Source: Candidatus Moraniibacteriota bacterium
GTDB taxonomy: Bacteria > Patescibacteriota > Minisyncoccia > Moranbacterales > GCA-2747515
Assembly (NCBI GenBank): GCA_046116545.1
Contig: CP175956.1
Location: 705,734-769,733 of the forward strand
DNA length: 64,000 bases
Direction of reading: 5' to 3'
The notes beneath the pieces are model-generated. The model had not been told where the DNA came from. It saw nothing but the letters and a program-made list of their open reading frames with translations, and did not search any database. Positions 28,259 to 36,021 of the stretch are shown here, in pieces. The first letter of the stretch is position 1; the number at the start of each line of letters is the position of its first letter. Made by a program: the position numbers and the translations under genes.

Positions 28259-29695
28259 TTATTTCTCTCTAAACATCCAACCAAACAAGCTGAATGAACT
28301 ATTATATTTATCTACAAAATCATACACATCTTTTTTATTTTTTTCAATAGAGTTAATATTTTTTTGTGCAGAGCCTCTTATAGCATCATCACCAATTAAC
28401 TTTATTTTTTCATTTGCTCTTTTTAATTTCGCATCATAATTTTGAATATTCAAAGCCATCTTTCTTAATTCACCATAATCAGGCCCAATAACAAATATAA
28501 ACACCGATGGTCTACTCTCAACTTTCTCTTTAGAAATAATATCCTCATTATTTATTCCACTTGTCTTCATGGTTATTTCTTCAATTTCTCTTTGGATATT
28601 TTTATCTTCCTGCATTTTTTTTCTCAATTCCTCCTGAGCTTTTCTTTTATGCTCTTCTTCTGTTTCTTGCTTATCGATTTCATCTTGCGTTTTCTGTTTC
28701 TCTGCCTCTTGCTCCGCCAATGTTTTTTGCTGAGCTTCATGTTTAGATTTGCTATATTGTTCTATTTCTTTCTTGGTTCTTGTTGCATTTACAATTTTTT
28801 CTTCTGCAAAATGACAAGTCTCAGAAAATTCTCCGTCTTTATTGCTATAAACCTTATTTGCAAGCATTTCCATTGACTTTGTCCAATAATCCACACCAGG
28901 ATTTCCTCCACTTGGTGCCTTGCAATTTATACCATAATCACTATTGCTAGTTATTGTATTGTCTTTTATTTTTACACCACCAATTTTACCTGCACTCTCA
29001 TAATATTGTGCAGCTATTCCACTTGCCTTATTCTTCTTTATTTTATTATCATAAATTTTCAAATCAGATTTTCCAACTATAACTTCAATACCACTTTCTC
29101 CATTACCAGAAATTAAATTACCACTTATAATTCCATCCACATTCGCTCTTATATCAATACCCTCTTCATCATTGTCATAGACATCATTATTTTTGATTTC
29201 AACATTTTTGCCTCTCTGAAGATACATAGCCTTTCCATTACCATATATCATACAATCTTTTACAGTTAACTTTCCATTTCCAACAGTTTCTATTCCTATT
29301 CTGGCATCTTTAATTTTTGAATCTTCTATTTTTACGCTTGCATTATTACTAACATCAATACCACGTCCAGATACAGTTACACTTCTAATAGACGATTCGT
29401 CGTCCATTGTGACTTTACCTGTAATTATAACATCATCCTTATCATCTCCTTCCACATAAACATTTTCTCCTATAGTAATATCTTCATTATATGTCCCTTT
29501 CTGTACGAGAATATCATCACAATCTTCATCAAGCGCCTCATCAATATCCTTATACGGCTCATCACTGCTACCATCGCCATCATCATCCGCATCTTCATCA
29601 ACATAACAAGTATCTGACGCAATCACAAAAACCGGATTAACAAATAAACCGGCTGACACAATCACTATAAAAAGAAATGTGATAATTAATTTCAT
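28259..29695 (-). CDS. secreted parallel beta-helix repeat protein with C-terminal coiled coil
   Basis: Signal peptide, PbH1-like repeats (GNG/NN ladder), then a long charged Glu/Lys/Gln-rich helical region. Confidence 0.55.
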   Translation of the reverse strand: MKLIITFLFIVIVSAGLFVNPVFVIASDTCYVDEDADDDGDGSSDEPYKDIDEALDEDCDDILVQKGTYNEDITIGENVYVEGDDKDDVIITGKVTMDDESSIRSVTVSGRGIDVSNNASVKIEDSKIKDARIGIETVGNGKLTVKDCMIYGNGKAMYLQRGKNVEIKNNDVYDNDEEGIDIRANVDGIISGNLISGNGESGIEVIVGKSDLKIYDNKIKKNKASGIAAQYYESAGKIGGVKIKDNTITSNSDYGINCKAPSGGNPGVDYWTKSMEMLANKVYSNKDGEFSETCHFAEEKIVNATRTKKEIEQYSKSKHEAQQKTLAEQEAEKQKTQDEIDKQETEEEHKRKAQEELRKKMQEDKNIQREIEEITMKTSGINNEDIISKEKVESRPSVFIFVIGPDYGELRKMALNIQNYDAKLKRANEKIKLIGDDAIRGSAQKNINSIEKNKKDVYDFVDKYNSSFSLFGWMFREK

Positions 29696-29789
29696 AATGA
29701 TATTATATCACAAACAAGTTTTAAACACTATTTTCTATAGACAATCTACTATTTTTATGCTATGTTTATTTTATTATTGATTAATGAAG

Positions 29790-30178
29790 TCCTTTATACA
29801 AAGGATAGGAATATCGAGTTGAGGGTTATCCATCCCTCTAATTTTCTCTCTCAGCAAAGGCGTCACTGATAAAAGAATGGTGATCATTGCCTCTTCATTG
29901 AGGAGTGTCACTATCATACGCGGTCGTCAAATAGACTAATGTATTACCGTCAATTGTGCACCTCTCATTTAAAGAAATTTAATTGAGAGATTGATACTGA
30001 ATGGGTGTTGATTCAAAAAAAGGATCACGGTAACTCCACAAATAGTCTTTTATAAGAAATTTAATTTTTTATTTAAAGATCAGAGAGCCCAGATCGAATT
30101 CCATGACTCGAGGGTCTGGCTGAGCATTATTCAATGATACCTAAAGCATATGTATGCACCATATGCTTTTTTATTTTG
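29790..30178 (+). ncRNA. candidate non-coding RNA (unclassified), ORF-free, ending in a strong intrinsic terminator
   Basis: 580-nt region without any ORF of 60 aa or more; somewhat elevated GC; plus-strand terminator at 30144-30178. Short RNase P-like strings (CACGGUAACUCCAC...AAAUAG) occur but no consistent model. Confidence 0.25.
30144..30178 (+). terminator. intrinsic terminator (plus strand)
   Basis: aaagcatatg-tatgcac-catatgcttt followed by tttattttg. Confidence 0.6.
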
Positions 30179-30204
30179 TCATCATAGCTATAATCATACA
30201 TTTG

Positions 30205-30240
30205 AATAATAGAAAATGACCACAGTAGCTGTGGTCATTA
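30205..30240 (-). terminator. intrinsic terminator for the 30278-30667 gene
   Basis: atgaccacag-tagc-tgtggtcat: 10-bp stem, then ttttctatt on the minus strand. Confidence 0.6.
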
Positions 30241-30277
30241 AATCTAGCGCTAACTTCTTTTGTAAATTTTAATTATG

Positions 30278-30667
30278 TTATTCATCAAAATATGGTGACT
30301 TCCATGATGGATTGCGATTCTTTAATTCATCCGATATACCAAAATAAATACATGTATTTCCAACTTCAGCCTTACCTTTGTCTTTACATTGTTTTGTGAC
30401 ATCATCACAAATTGGCAAACATTCACTTTTTTCTAACCCATACTCACGATATTCTGCCATTAAAGATTCACATTGGAGATGGCACATAACCTCATCTTCA
30501 CTTTGAGGAGGCTCAGAAAGCCGAGAACCAGCAATTGTATCCACTGATGTTTTTATACCTTGTCCTATTGCTGCTTGTTCTTCTGGTGTTTTGTCACAAC
30601 CACCCAGAAGTCCAATTGCAAAAAATACTATACCAACGGCAAATACTTGATAAGTTTTATTTTTCAA
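30278..30667 (-). CDS. lipoprotein with Cys-rich C-terminal region (hypothetical)
   Basis: Lipobox LLGGC plus 8 further Cys residues. Confidence 0.55.
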   Translation of the reverse strand: MKNKTYQVFAVGIVFFAIGLLGGCDKTPEEQAAIGQGIKTSVDTIAGSRLSEPPQSEDEVMCHLQCESLMAEYREYGLEKSECLPICDDVTKQCKDKGKAEVGNTCIYFGISDELKNRNPSWKSPYFDE

Positions 30668-30812
30668 AATAATTCACCTCCTGCCATAATTTTTGTTTTT
30701 ATTTGTACTACTAACTTTTATATTTAATACTGTATCATGCAAAAACACTAATAACAACAACTAGCCACATTAAAAATAAGTCATTGACTTATAGTATTTT
30801 TTCTATCAAAAA

Positions 30813-30843
30813 GGTCCAACCTAGGGTCAACCCTAGGTTGGAC
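30813..30843. repeat. palindromic element GGTCCAACCTAGGGTCAACCCTAGGTTGGAC
   Basis: Near-perfect 31-bp palindrome just downstream of the sortase gene. Confidence 0.7.
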
Positions 30844-30859
30844 ATTGTCTCATTAATAC

Positions 30860-31873
30860 CTATACTTCTTCAAGTTGTGCTTTCACCATAATTCTACGAG
30901 CGTTTGTACCAAGTGGCCAACAAGTTGTAAGTGTTAATTCCTGTGATTGCGTATCAGCAAATATACGACTATCATCTGGAGCAACCTCCTCGTTCAAGGT
31001 TACAACATATTTATAGTTAATCTCTTTTCCATTTTGTTGTTTTGTTTTTACTATTATCTCATCGCCATCAGTAAGATCATTGAGATTTTTAAAAATATTA
31101 TCATAAATCCCCTTTGACCAAATATAATTACTGCTATGTCCTGCCACATACATATTTCCACGTCTACCAGGCATTGCAGTGCCTGGATAATGTATTACAC
31201 CATCATTTAAATCTTCTTGTAACTTCTCTTCTGCTGCATCATTAGATAATACAACTGGCACCTCTACATTTATTTTATTTATTTCTACAATTATTTCTGG
31301 ACGAATATCTCCCAATGCCATGGGATCATACCCATTATTCACCTCATCACCGTCACTATATCCATCACCGTCTGTGTCAGATTTTTTTGGATCTGTTCCA
31401 AATATATATTCATCATAAATAACCAATCCATCATTATCACTGTCATCAAATTCATCACTAACTAACAATCCCATGTTATCAATCTCCCACTTATCTGGTA
31501 TATTGTTTGAATTTGTATCCATAAGTCCACTTCCATTTGGAGAATAGCCATTTTCTATTTCATCACCGTCACTATATCCATCACCATCTGTGTCAGATTT
31601 TGTAGGGTCCGTCTTATATTTATACTCAGCGACAAGTGATAAACCATCATTATCAATATCAAGCTCTGCATCTATAAAATTATTAAGAGTTACATCATAT
31701 TTAGTCAACCATTCCTCAGGCACGCCAAAATCATCCTTATCACGAGGATTACCCTTATCATTTGCAACTGGCACAATAGATTGATTTACTCGACCAAGTA
31801 TCCCACTCAACAGAGAAAAAACTATTATAAAGGTTACAAAAAAAGCAATTGTTGATATTAAAAACCTTTTCAT
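30860..31873 (-). CDS. sortase-family transpeptidase with N-terminal TM anchor and two thrombospondin-type-3-like Ca-binding repeats
   Basis: C-terminal sortase motifs YVAGHS and TLTTCWP. Two copies of KSDTDGDGYSDGDE (DxDxDG Ca-binding loops). Confidence 0.75.
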   Translation of the reverse strand: MKRFLISTIAFFVTFIIVFSLLSGILGRVNQSIVPVANDKGNPRDKDDFGVPEEWLTKYDVTLNNFIDAELDIDNDGLSLVAEYKYKTDPTKSDTDGDGYSDGDEIENGYSPNGSGLMDTNSNNIPDKWEIDNMGLLVSDEFDDSDNDGLVIYDEYIFGTDPKKSDTDGDGYSDGDEVNNGYDPMALGDIRPEIIVEINKINVEVPVVLSNDAAEEKLQEDLNDGVIHYPGTAMPGRRGNMYVAGHSSNYIWSKGIYDNIFKNLNDLTDGDEIIVKTKQQNGKEINYKYVVTLNEEVAPDDSRIFADTQSQELTLTTCWPLGTNARRIMVKAQLEEV

Positions 31874-31923
31874 ATTCTAATATTATTTATCAGCCTATTT
31901 ATAATATTCCCATTTACCCCCAT

Positions 31924-31953
31924 GTCATTCCTGCGAAGGCAGGAATCTTACGG
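31924..31953. repeat. short hairpin member of the GTCATT family
   Basis: GTCATTCCTGCGAAGGCAGGAATCTTACGG: 8-bp stem with a GAAG loop. Confidence 0.5.
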
Positions 31954-32127
31954 TAGACAACATGTTGACCAAATTAATCATAATAAGCAATAATACCACA
32001 TTAAAACCACTTTGTCAAACACATATGCTTGACAATTACTCTTTTTTATGCTATTTTTAAACATCGTACCTAGTACGACACATAATTAGAAAAGTTTTAT
32101 AACAACTCAATATACGGAGGATTACCT

Positions 32128-32334
32128 ATGCAAGCTACCTCAAAAAAACCACCTCATTACATTTGTCCAAATAATTGTGAGGAAGTTTATTTTTATCAAG
32201 ATGGACTACTTGAGGCGACTCGAACTTTTGATGAAGATGGTACAGACATGGCTGATGAAACATTTGATTTCTCAGCAAAAACAGAAATGAAATGTTTTCA
32301 CTGTAACTCTGTTGCCATTATCAATAAATCCTGA
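32128..32334 (+). CDS. small zinc-ribbon protein (hypothetical)
   Basis: GGAGG RBS 8 nt before the ATG; CPNNC...CFHC pairs; a terminator follows. Confidence 0.5.
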   Translation: MQATSKKPPHYICPNNCEEVYFYQDGLLEATRTFDEDGTDMADETFDFSAKTEMKCFHCNSVAIINKS

Positions 32335-32364
32335 CTTGTTTATTAAGTTATAGAAAAATATAAA

Positions 32365-32410
32365 CCGCCAGACAACATATACATGTTACTGGTGGTTTTT
32401 TCTTTTTTTA
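32365..32410 (+). terminator. intrinsic terminator
   Basis: ccgccag-N17-ctggtgg followed by ttttttctttttttac. Confidence 0.55.
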
Positions 32411-32417
32411 CTACATC

Positions 32418-32519
32418 GTCATTGCGAGTGTCGCCATCTTTTGTGCCACAAGCGAAGCAATCTCATTAAGTTTAAAAATATCTTAACGAGATTGCTTCGT
32501 CGTACCTCCTCGCAATGAC
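32418..32519. repeat. MITE-like nested-hairpin element (GTCATTGCGAG...CTCGCAATGAC), family copy C
   Basis: 11-12 bp terminal inverted repeat and inner stem gaagcaatctc/gagattgcttc. The 3' 33 nt are identical to the copy at 58527-58559 except for one base. Confidence 0.7.
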
Positions 32520-32533
32520 CCAAAAGACAAAAA

Positions 32534-32565
32534 GGTCCAACCTAAGATCGACCATAGGTTGGACC
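32534..32565. repeat. palindromic element GGTCCAACCTAAGATCGACCATAGGTTGGACC
   Basis: Copy of the GGTCCAAC family, 14 nt from the MITE-like element. Confidence 0.7.
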
Positions 32566-32585
32566 TTGTCCAGCTAAAATAAAAC

Positions 32586-33692
32586 CTAAAAATTCTTTCC
32601 AATATACTCCATCAACTTACTTCCCTGTAATTCCTGTGTTGCTGCGCCTGCTCTTATGAAAAATTCTTCTTTTTGCCCTTCTTTTAAAAAAACGGGTACA
32701 TCCGAACTAAAACAATCTATTCTAAATACTTGTTTATCATCTATATTAACTACTTCAGACTGTATTGAGCTAGCGAATTGCTCCCCTATATGTTGATTAA
32801 ATAAATTTGTAAAATGTAATTGAAATTTATCATTATTTATAAAATTATCTTTTCCTAACCCTAGCACGTCCCCACCATCATTAACGCCTACAAACAATAT
32901 TCCGCCTTCAGCATTCAAAAACGCACAAATAGTTTTAAGAACTGCATGCTCTATTCTCTTATCCTTCTCATCTGTATGCAAATTCACTCTCAAAGTTGAT
33001 TTGAATTCTACTGTGTTATTTTCCCCTGATTTTATTATTCTTACACTATCATCACCCATTGATTTTAATTTTCCTCCGTGCGATGGATTTGTGGCAAAAA
33101 ACTTTCCCATAAGCTTACCCATGATATTATTTGACCCATTTTCCAAATACTGATATCCAGCAAATGACACTATGAGTGCCCCTACCATAATACTTGCTAC
33201 AGCCCCTATTTGATTCCACACAGAATCTGTCTGCATATTACCTCCAGAAACTAAAGCCTCTATAATATTTTCAAATATGATCCAAAGCAAACTAAATGCT
33301 ATAGAAAAAGTGAATGCAAAAAGTGAAACAAAAAAAGGACTTAATCTAAGTGAATTTTTATGAAATTTATTCATAGCATAAACTAACATAAACGCAATCA
33401 TTCCAAATAACGCTCCACTAATAACATGCATTACGACTTCAAATAAAAGTGATTGCGTATGCACAAAAATAAGTTCGTCAACAATCAAAGACATACCCAC
33501 AAACAATGCTAGTGCTATCTCAATTTCTTGTGGATATCTAACTGTAGACTTTCGAAAAAAGAAACGTAATCCGAAAATAGCTAAAATCGTAATGATTGAA
33601 AGAAAAAATGTAACCCAACTTTCTCGCAAAAAAGCAAGTGTAGTCAAGCTAACTAATAAAAAATATATAAAAAAATAAACTAAATTTTTCAT
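32586..33692 (-). CDS. membrane protein with C-terminal AlbA_2/Schlafen-like domain
   Basis: About 190-aa polytopic N-terminal region, then ENNTVEFKSTL...LKTICAFLNAEGGILFVGVNDGGDVLGL, matching the AlbA_2 (PF04326-like) core. Confidence 0.5.
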   Translation of the reverse strand: MKNLVYFFIYFLLVSLTTLAFLRESWVTFFLSIITILAIFGLRFFFRKSTVRYPQEIEIALALFVGMSLIVDELIFVHTQSLLFEVVMHVISGALFGMIAFMLVYAMNKFHKNSLRLSPFFVSLFAFTFSIAFSLLWIIFENIIEALVSGGNMQTDSVWNQIGAVASIMVGALIVSFAGYQYLENGSNNIMGKLMGKFFATNPSHGGKLKSMGDDSVRIIKSGENNTVEFKSTLRVNLHTDEKDKRIEHAVLKTICAFLNAEGGILFVGVNDGGDVLGLGKDNFINNDKFQLHFTNLFNQHIGEQFASSIQSEVVNIDDKQVFRIDCFSSDVPVFLKEGQKEEFFIRAGAATQELQGSKLMEYIGKNF

Positions 33693-33694
33693 AA

Positions 33695-33859
33695 TTAATC
33701 CTTTTTTATTTCTTCTGTTTCATCATCAACTAAAAATGGGGATGGTTCTTTATTTTCAGTTGTTACATTATTTACTTGTTTATTTTCAGTTACATCTTGC
33801 TGTATGTCATCTGTTAAATCTAATTTTCCACCACCAAACATTTTTGAAAAAAATCCCAT
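33695..33859 (-). CDS. possible 54-aa acidic small ORF immediately upstream of the AlbA_2 gene
   Basis: MGFFSKMFGGGKLDLTDD... Its stop lies 2 nt before the next ATG; no clear RBS. Confidence 0.15.
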   Translation of the reverse strand: MGFFSKMFGGGKLDLTDDIQQDVTENKQVNNVTTENKEPSPFLVDDETEEIKKD

Positions 33860-34015
33860 ATCTTTATAAAACTAATTTAAATAAATACTATATTATCTAC
33901 CCAGTATACCACATGAAGTTCTGCTGACAATGCATGTATTATTTAGTATATTTATTTGTTATACTTATTATAAATAATATAATTTTTGTACATTACAAAC
34001 AAAAGGAGAAACTTC

Positions 34016-34447
34016 ATGCAAAGAATTCCCTACACACCCCTTAATAAAAATATAATTCCAATACAACCAATACATCTTATTAAGTTGGGTAAAAAACAAA
34101 ATTCAACACATCCAGATCCTGAATTAGCTGCAAAATTGTTAGCCAAATCAAAACCATTAGTTACTGGAGGAATGAATCTTAGTTTAATCTTAGGGAGATA
34201 TGTCCCTGTAGTAACTATTTTAAAACTAAAAGAAGCAAATATTCACGGCTGGACATTACAAAAAGAATCAAATGAGTATTTCTTAGAGTATTTTGAAAAC
34301 GGCTCTGATTGTCCCTTTTGTGAACTAAAGTTAACTAATGATTCTCCTTTTTTTCTTGCAGGAGTAACTGATTCATGTTGTGAAGCCACAACAAATCCTT
34401 CTGTAATCATAGGTGTTATAGACTATGTACTTTCACATATGCCTTAA
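34016..34447 (+). CDS. hypothetical protein (start revised to MQRIPYTPL)
   Basis: AAGGAG RBS 7 nt before the ATG at 34016; CPFC and CC pairs. Confidence 0.45.
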   Translation: MQRIPYTPLNKNIIPIQPIHLIKLGKKQNSTHPDPELAAKLLAKSKPLVTGGMNLSLILGRYVPVVTILKLKEANIHGWTLQKESNEYFLEYFENGSDCPFCELKLTNDSPFFLAGVTDSCCEATTNPSVIIGVIDYVLSHMP

Positions 34448-34454
34448 CACAAAA

Positions 34455-34488
34455 AAAAGCTCTTCAACATAATTGTTGAAGAGCTTTT
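34455..34488. terminator. bidirectional terminator (14-bp perfect stem)
   Basis: aaaagctcttcaac-ataatt-gttgaagagctttt. Confidence 0.65.
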
Positions 34489-34514
34489 AACTTTGCAGCA
34501 AAAATAATTATAAA

Positions 34515-35063
34515 TTATTTTTTAGTAGCATAATACATAACTATTATTTCCATTCCAGCAAATACTGCGTATACACCAACTAGAGTTCCTATAAGCAACG
34601 CTGATGCAACAAGTATTTTTGTCAAAACCATAACAGCTAACAAAATTGAAATAAGTCCACTTGTTAGCATCCAACCCCAATGAGCTGGCCTAGTAGCAAC
34701 TGACATGATTGATTTTGACACACCATCAACCAAGAATAATACTCCCAAAAATACAGTTATCGTCACTATTGAAACTATTACTTTTGACACCATCATCAAT
34801 CCCAATACAAATGCCAATATACCCAACAGCATACCTAACCAAACTTTACCATTCTTTCTATCCATGATTGCTCCTATAAATTGCATGATTCCACCAAAAA
34901 GCAAGAACCATCCAAAAAATATAGCTGTTAAATAAGTTGTAGGCACTGGTGACATAATTGCAAACATCCCTGAGAATACCAAAAGTATCCCAAAAGCCAA
35001 TGACCATCCGTCCATTTTTCCTTCTACTGCTTGCGGTGAAGCAGTTGCACATGTTTCTCCCAT
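34515..35063 (-). CDS. HdeD/DUF308-family membrane protein
   Basis: Repeated short TM hairpins with G-rich turns typical of DUF308. Confidence 0.5.
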   Translation of the reverse strand: MGETCATASPQAVEGKMDGWSLAFGILLVFSGMFAIMSPVPTTYLTAIFFGWFLLFGGIMQFIGAIMDRKNGKVWLGMLLGILAFVLGLMMVSKVIVSIVTITVFLGVLFLVDGVSKSIMSVATRPAHWGWMLTSGLISILLAVMVLTKILVASALLIGTLVGVYAVFAGMEIIVMYYATKK

Positions 35064-35119
35064 ATTTTTTTATTATTAAATTAATATTATTTATACTATA
35101 TCACTCATTATTACATTTT

Positions 35120-35162
35120 ACAATAATAAATAACTATATTTTCATATAGTTATTTATTTTAA
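35120..35162. terminator. bidirectional terminator
   Basis: aaataactatat-tttca-tatagttattt flanked by A and T runs. Confidence 0.55.
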
Positions 35163-35172
35163 ATGCCCTCTA

Positions 35173-35799
35173 CTACTTAGCTTCTCCAGGACCTGCCATT
35201 GTTGCAGGATCTTCAAAACAACTATTTTGTTCATCACTCCACACACCACCTGCTTCAGCACAATCTTTTTTATCATTTTCTATTGCACTTTCATCCATAC
35301 AACGTGCTGGCTTCATAGTTTCTGGTGTGCACGCCATTCGTGTACATGCCATTGGCATTCCAAGTTCTCCTACCTTACAATTATTACATCCGTCAAACCA
35401 AGACTGACATCCTGCTGTTACAGTATTTCCATTTGCGTCAACAATAACATCTCCATTCATAACTTCGACACAGCTCAAACTTTGATCTGTTCCTTCCATT
35501 GACAGAGTTGCCTCACCTTGATGAGTCCAAAATGTTACTTCTCCATCGCTATATTTTGCGCCTGATGCAGCTTCAACATTTGGTAATGTCATTTCTTGCC
35601 CTGATATATAAACAGTTGCTGTACTTGGTTCTACATCATTATTAAAATCCGCCTTCACATCTTCTCCTTCACAATCATACGTCACAGCACTTTCACTTGG
35701 TTGCGTCACAACATTTTCTTCTACATCTTTATCTTGTCCTCCACATCCCACTAAAAATATTAGCGCAGCTACTGCACTAACAATCACTTTTTTGTTCAT
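35173..35799 (-). CDS. lipoprotein with MliC-like domain and C-terminal Cys-rich WFDGCNNC module
   Basis: Lipobox LVGCG; SGAKY...FWTHQGEATL (MliC signature); then CQSWFDGCNNCKVG...PMACTRMAC. Confidence 0.6.
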   Translation of the reverse strand: MNKKVIVSAVAALIFLVGCGGQDKDVEENVVTQPSESAVTYDCEGEDVKADFNNDVEPSTATVYISGQEMTLPNVEAASGAKYSDGEVTFWTHQGEATLSMEGTDQSLSCVEVMNGDVIVDANGNTVTAGCQSWFDGCNNCKVGELGMPMACTRMACTPETMKPARCMDESAIENDKKDCAEAGGVWSDEQNSCFEDPATMAGPGEAK

Positions 35800-35884
35800 A
35801 GGTTTTTATCTTTATTAATTATATTACCTCCTATAATTACTATAATAAAACACACTCACAAAAATGCAAGTGTGTTTTACTACT

Positions 35885-35908
35885 GTCATACCTGCACAGG
35901 CAGGTATC
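35885..35908. repeat. short hairpin member of the GTCAT family
   Basis: GTCATACCTGCACAGGCAGGTATC, paralogous to the copy at 31924. Confidence 0.45.
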
Positions 35909-36021
35909 TTTCTATTATTTAAAGCAATTATATACTTTTTATAAGATTCCTGCCTTCAATCCAGGTTGTCTCTATCTTGAGCAAAACTCAATTCACCTTG
36001 ATGCAGGGATGACATACTTTC

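Noticed and set aside
27720-28439. 239-aa plus-strand ORF
   Set aside because: It is antisense across the CNNM/CBS gene and the beta-helix gene junction. The translation is Ile/Phe/Ser-rich junk and spans two genes that are well supported on the minus strand.
29700-30178. Classification of the second ORF-free region as RNase P RNA
   Set aside because: Only two short strings resemble conserved RNase P regions. I could not find a P4 helix (GGAAAGUCCGG / CCGGCUUA-type pairing) or a consistent layout on either strand. It is kept only as an unclassified ncRNA candidate.
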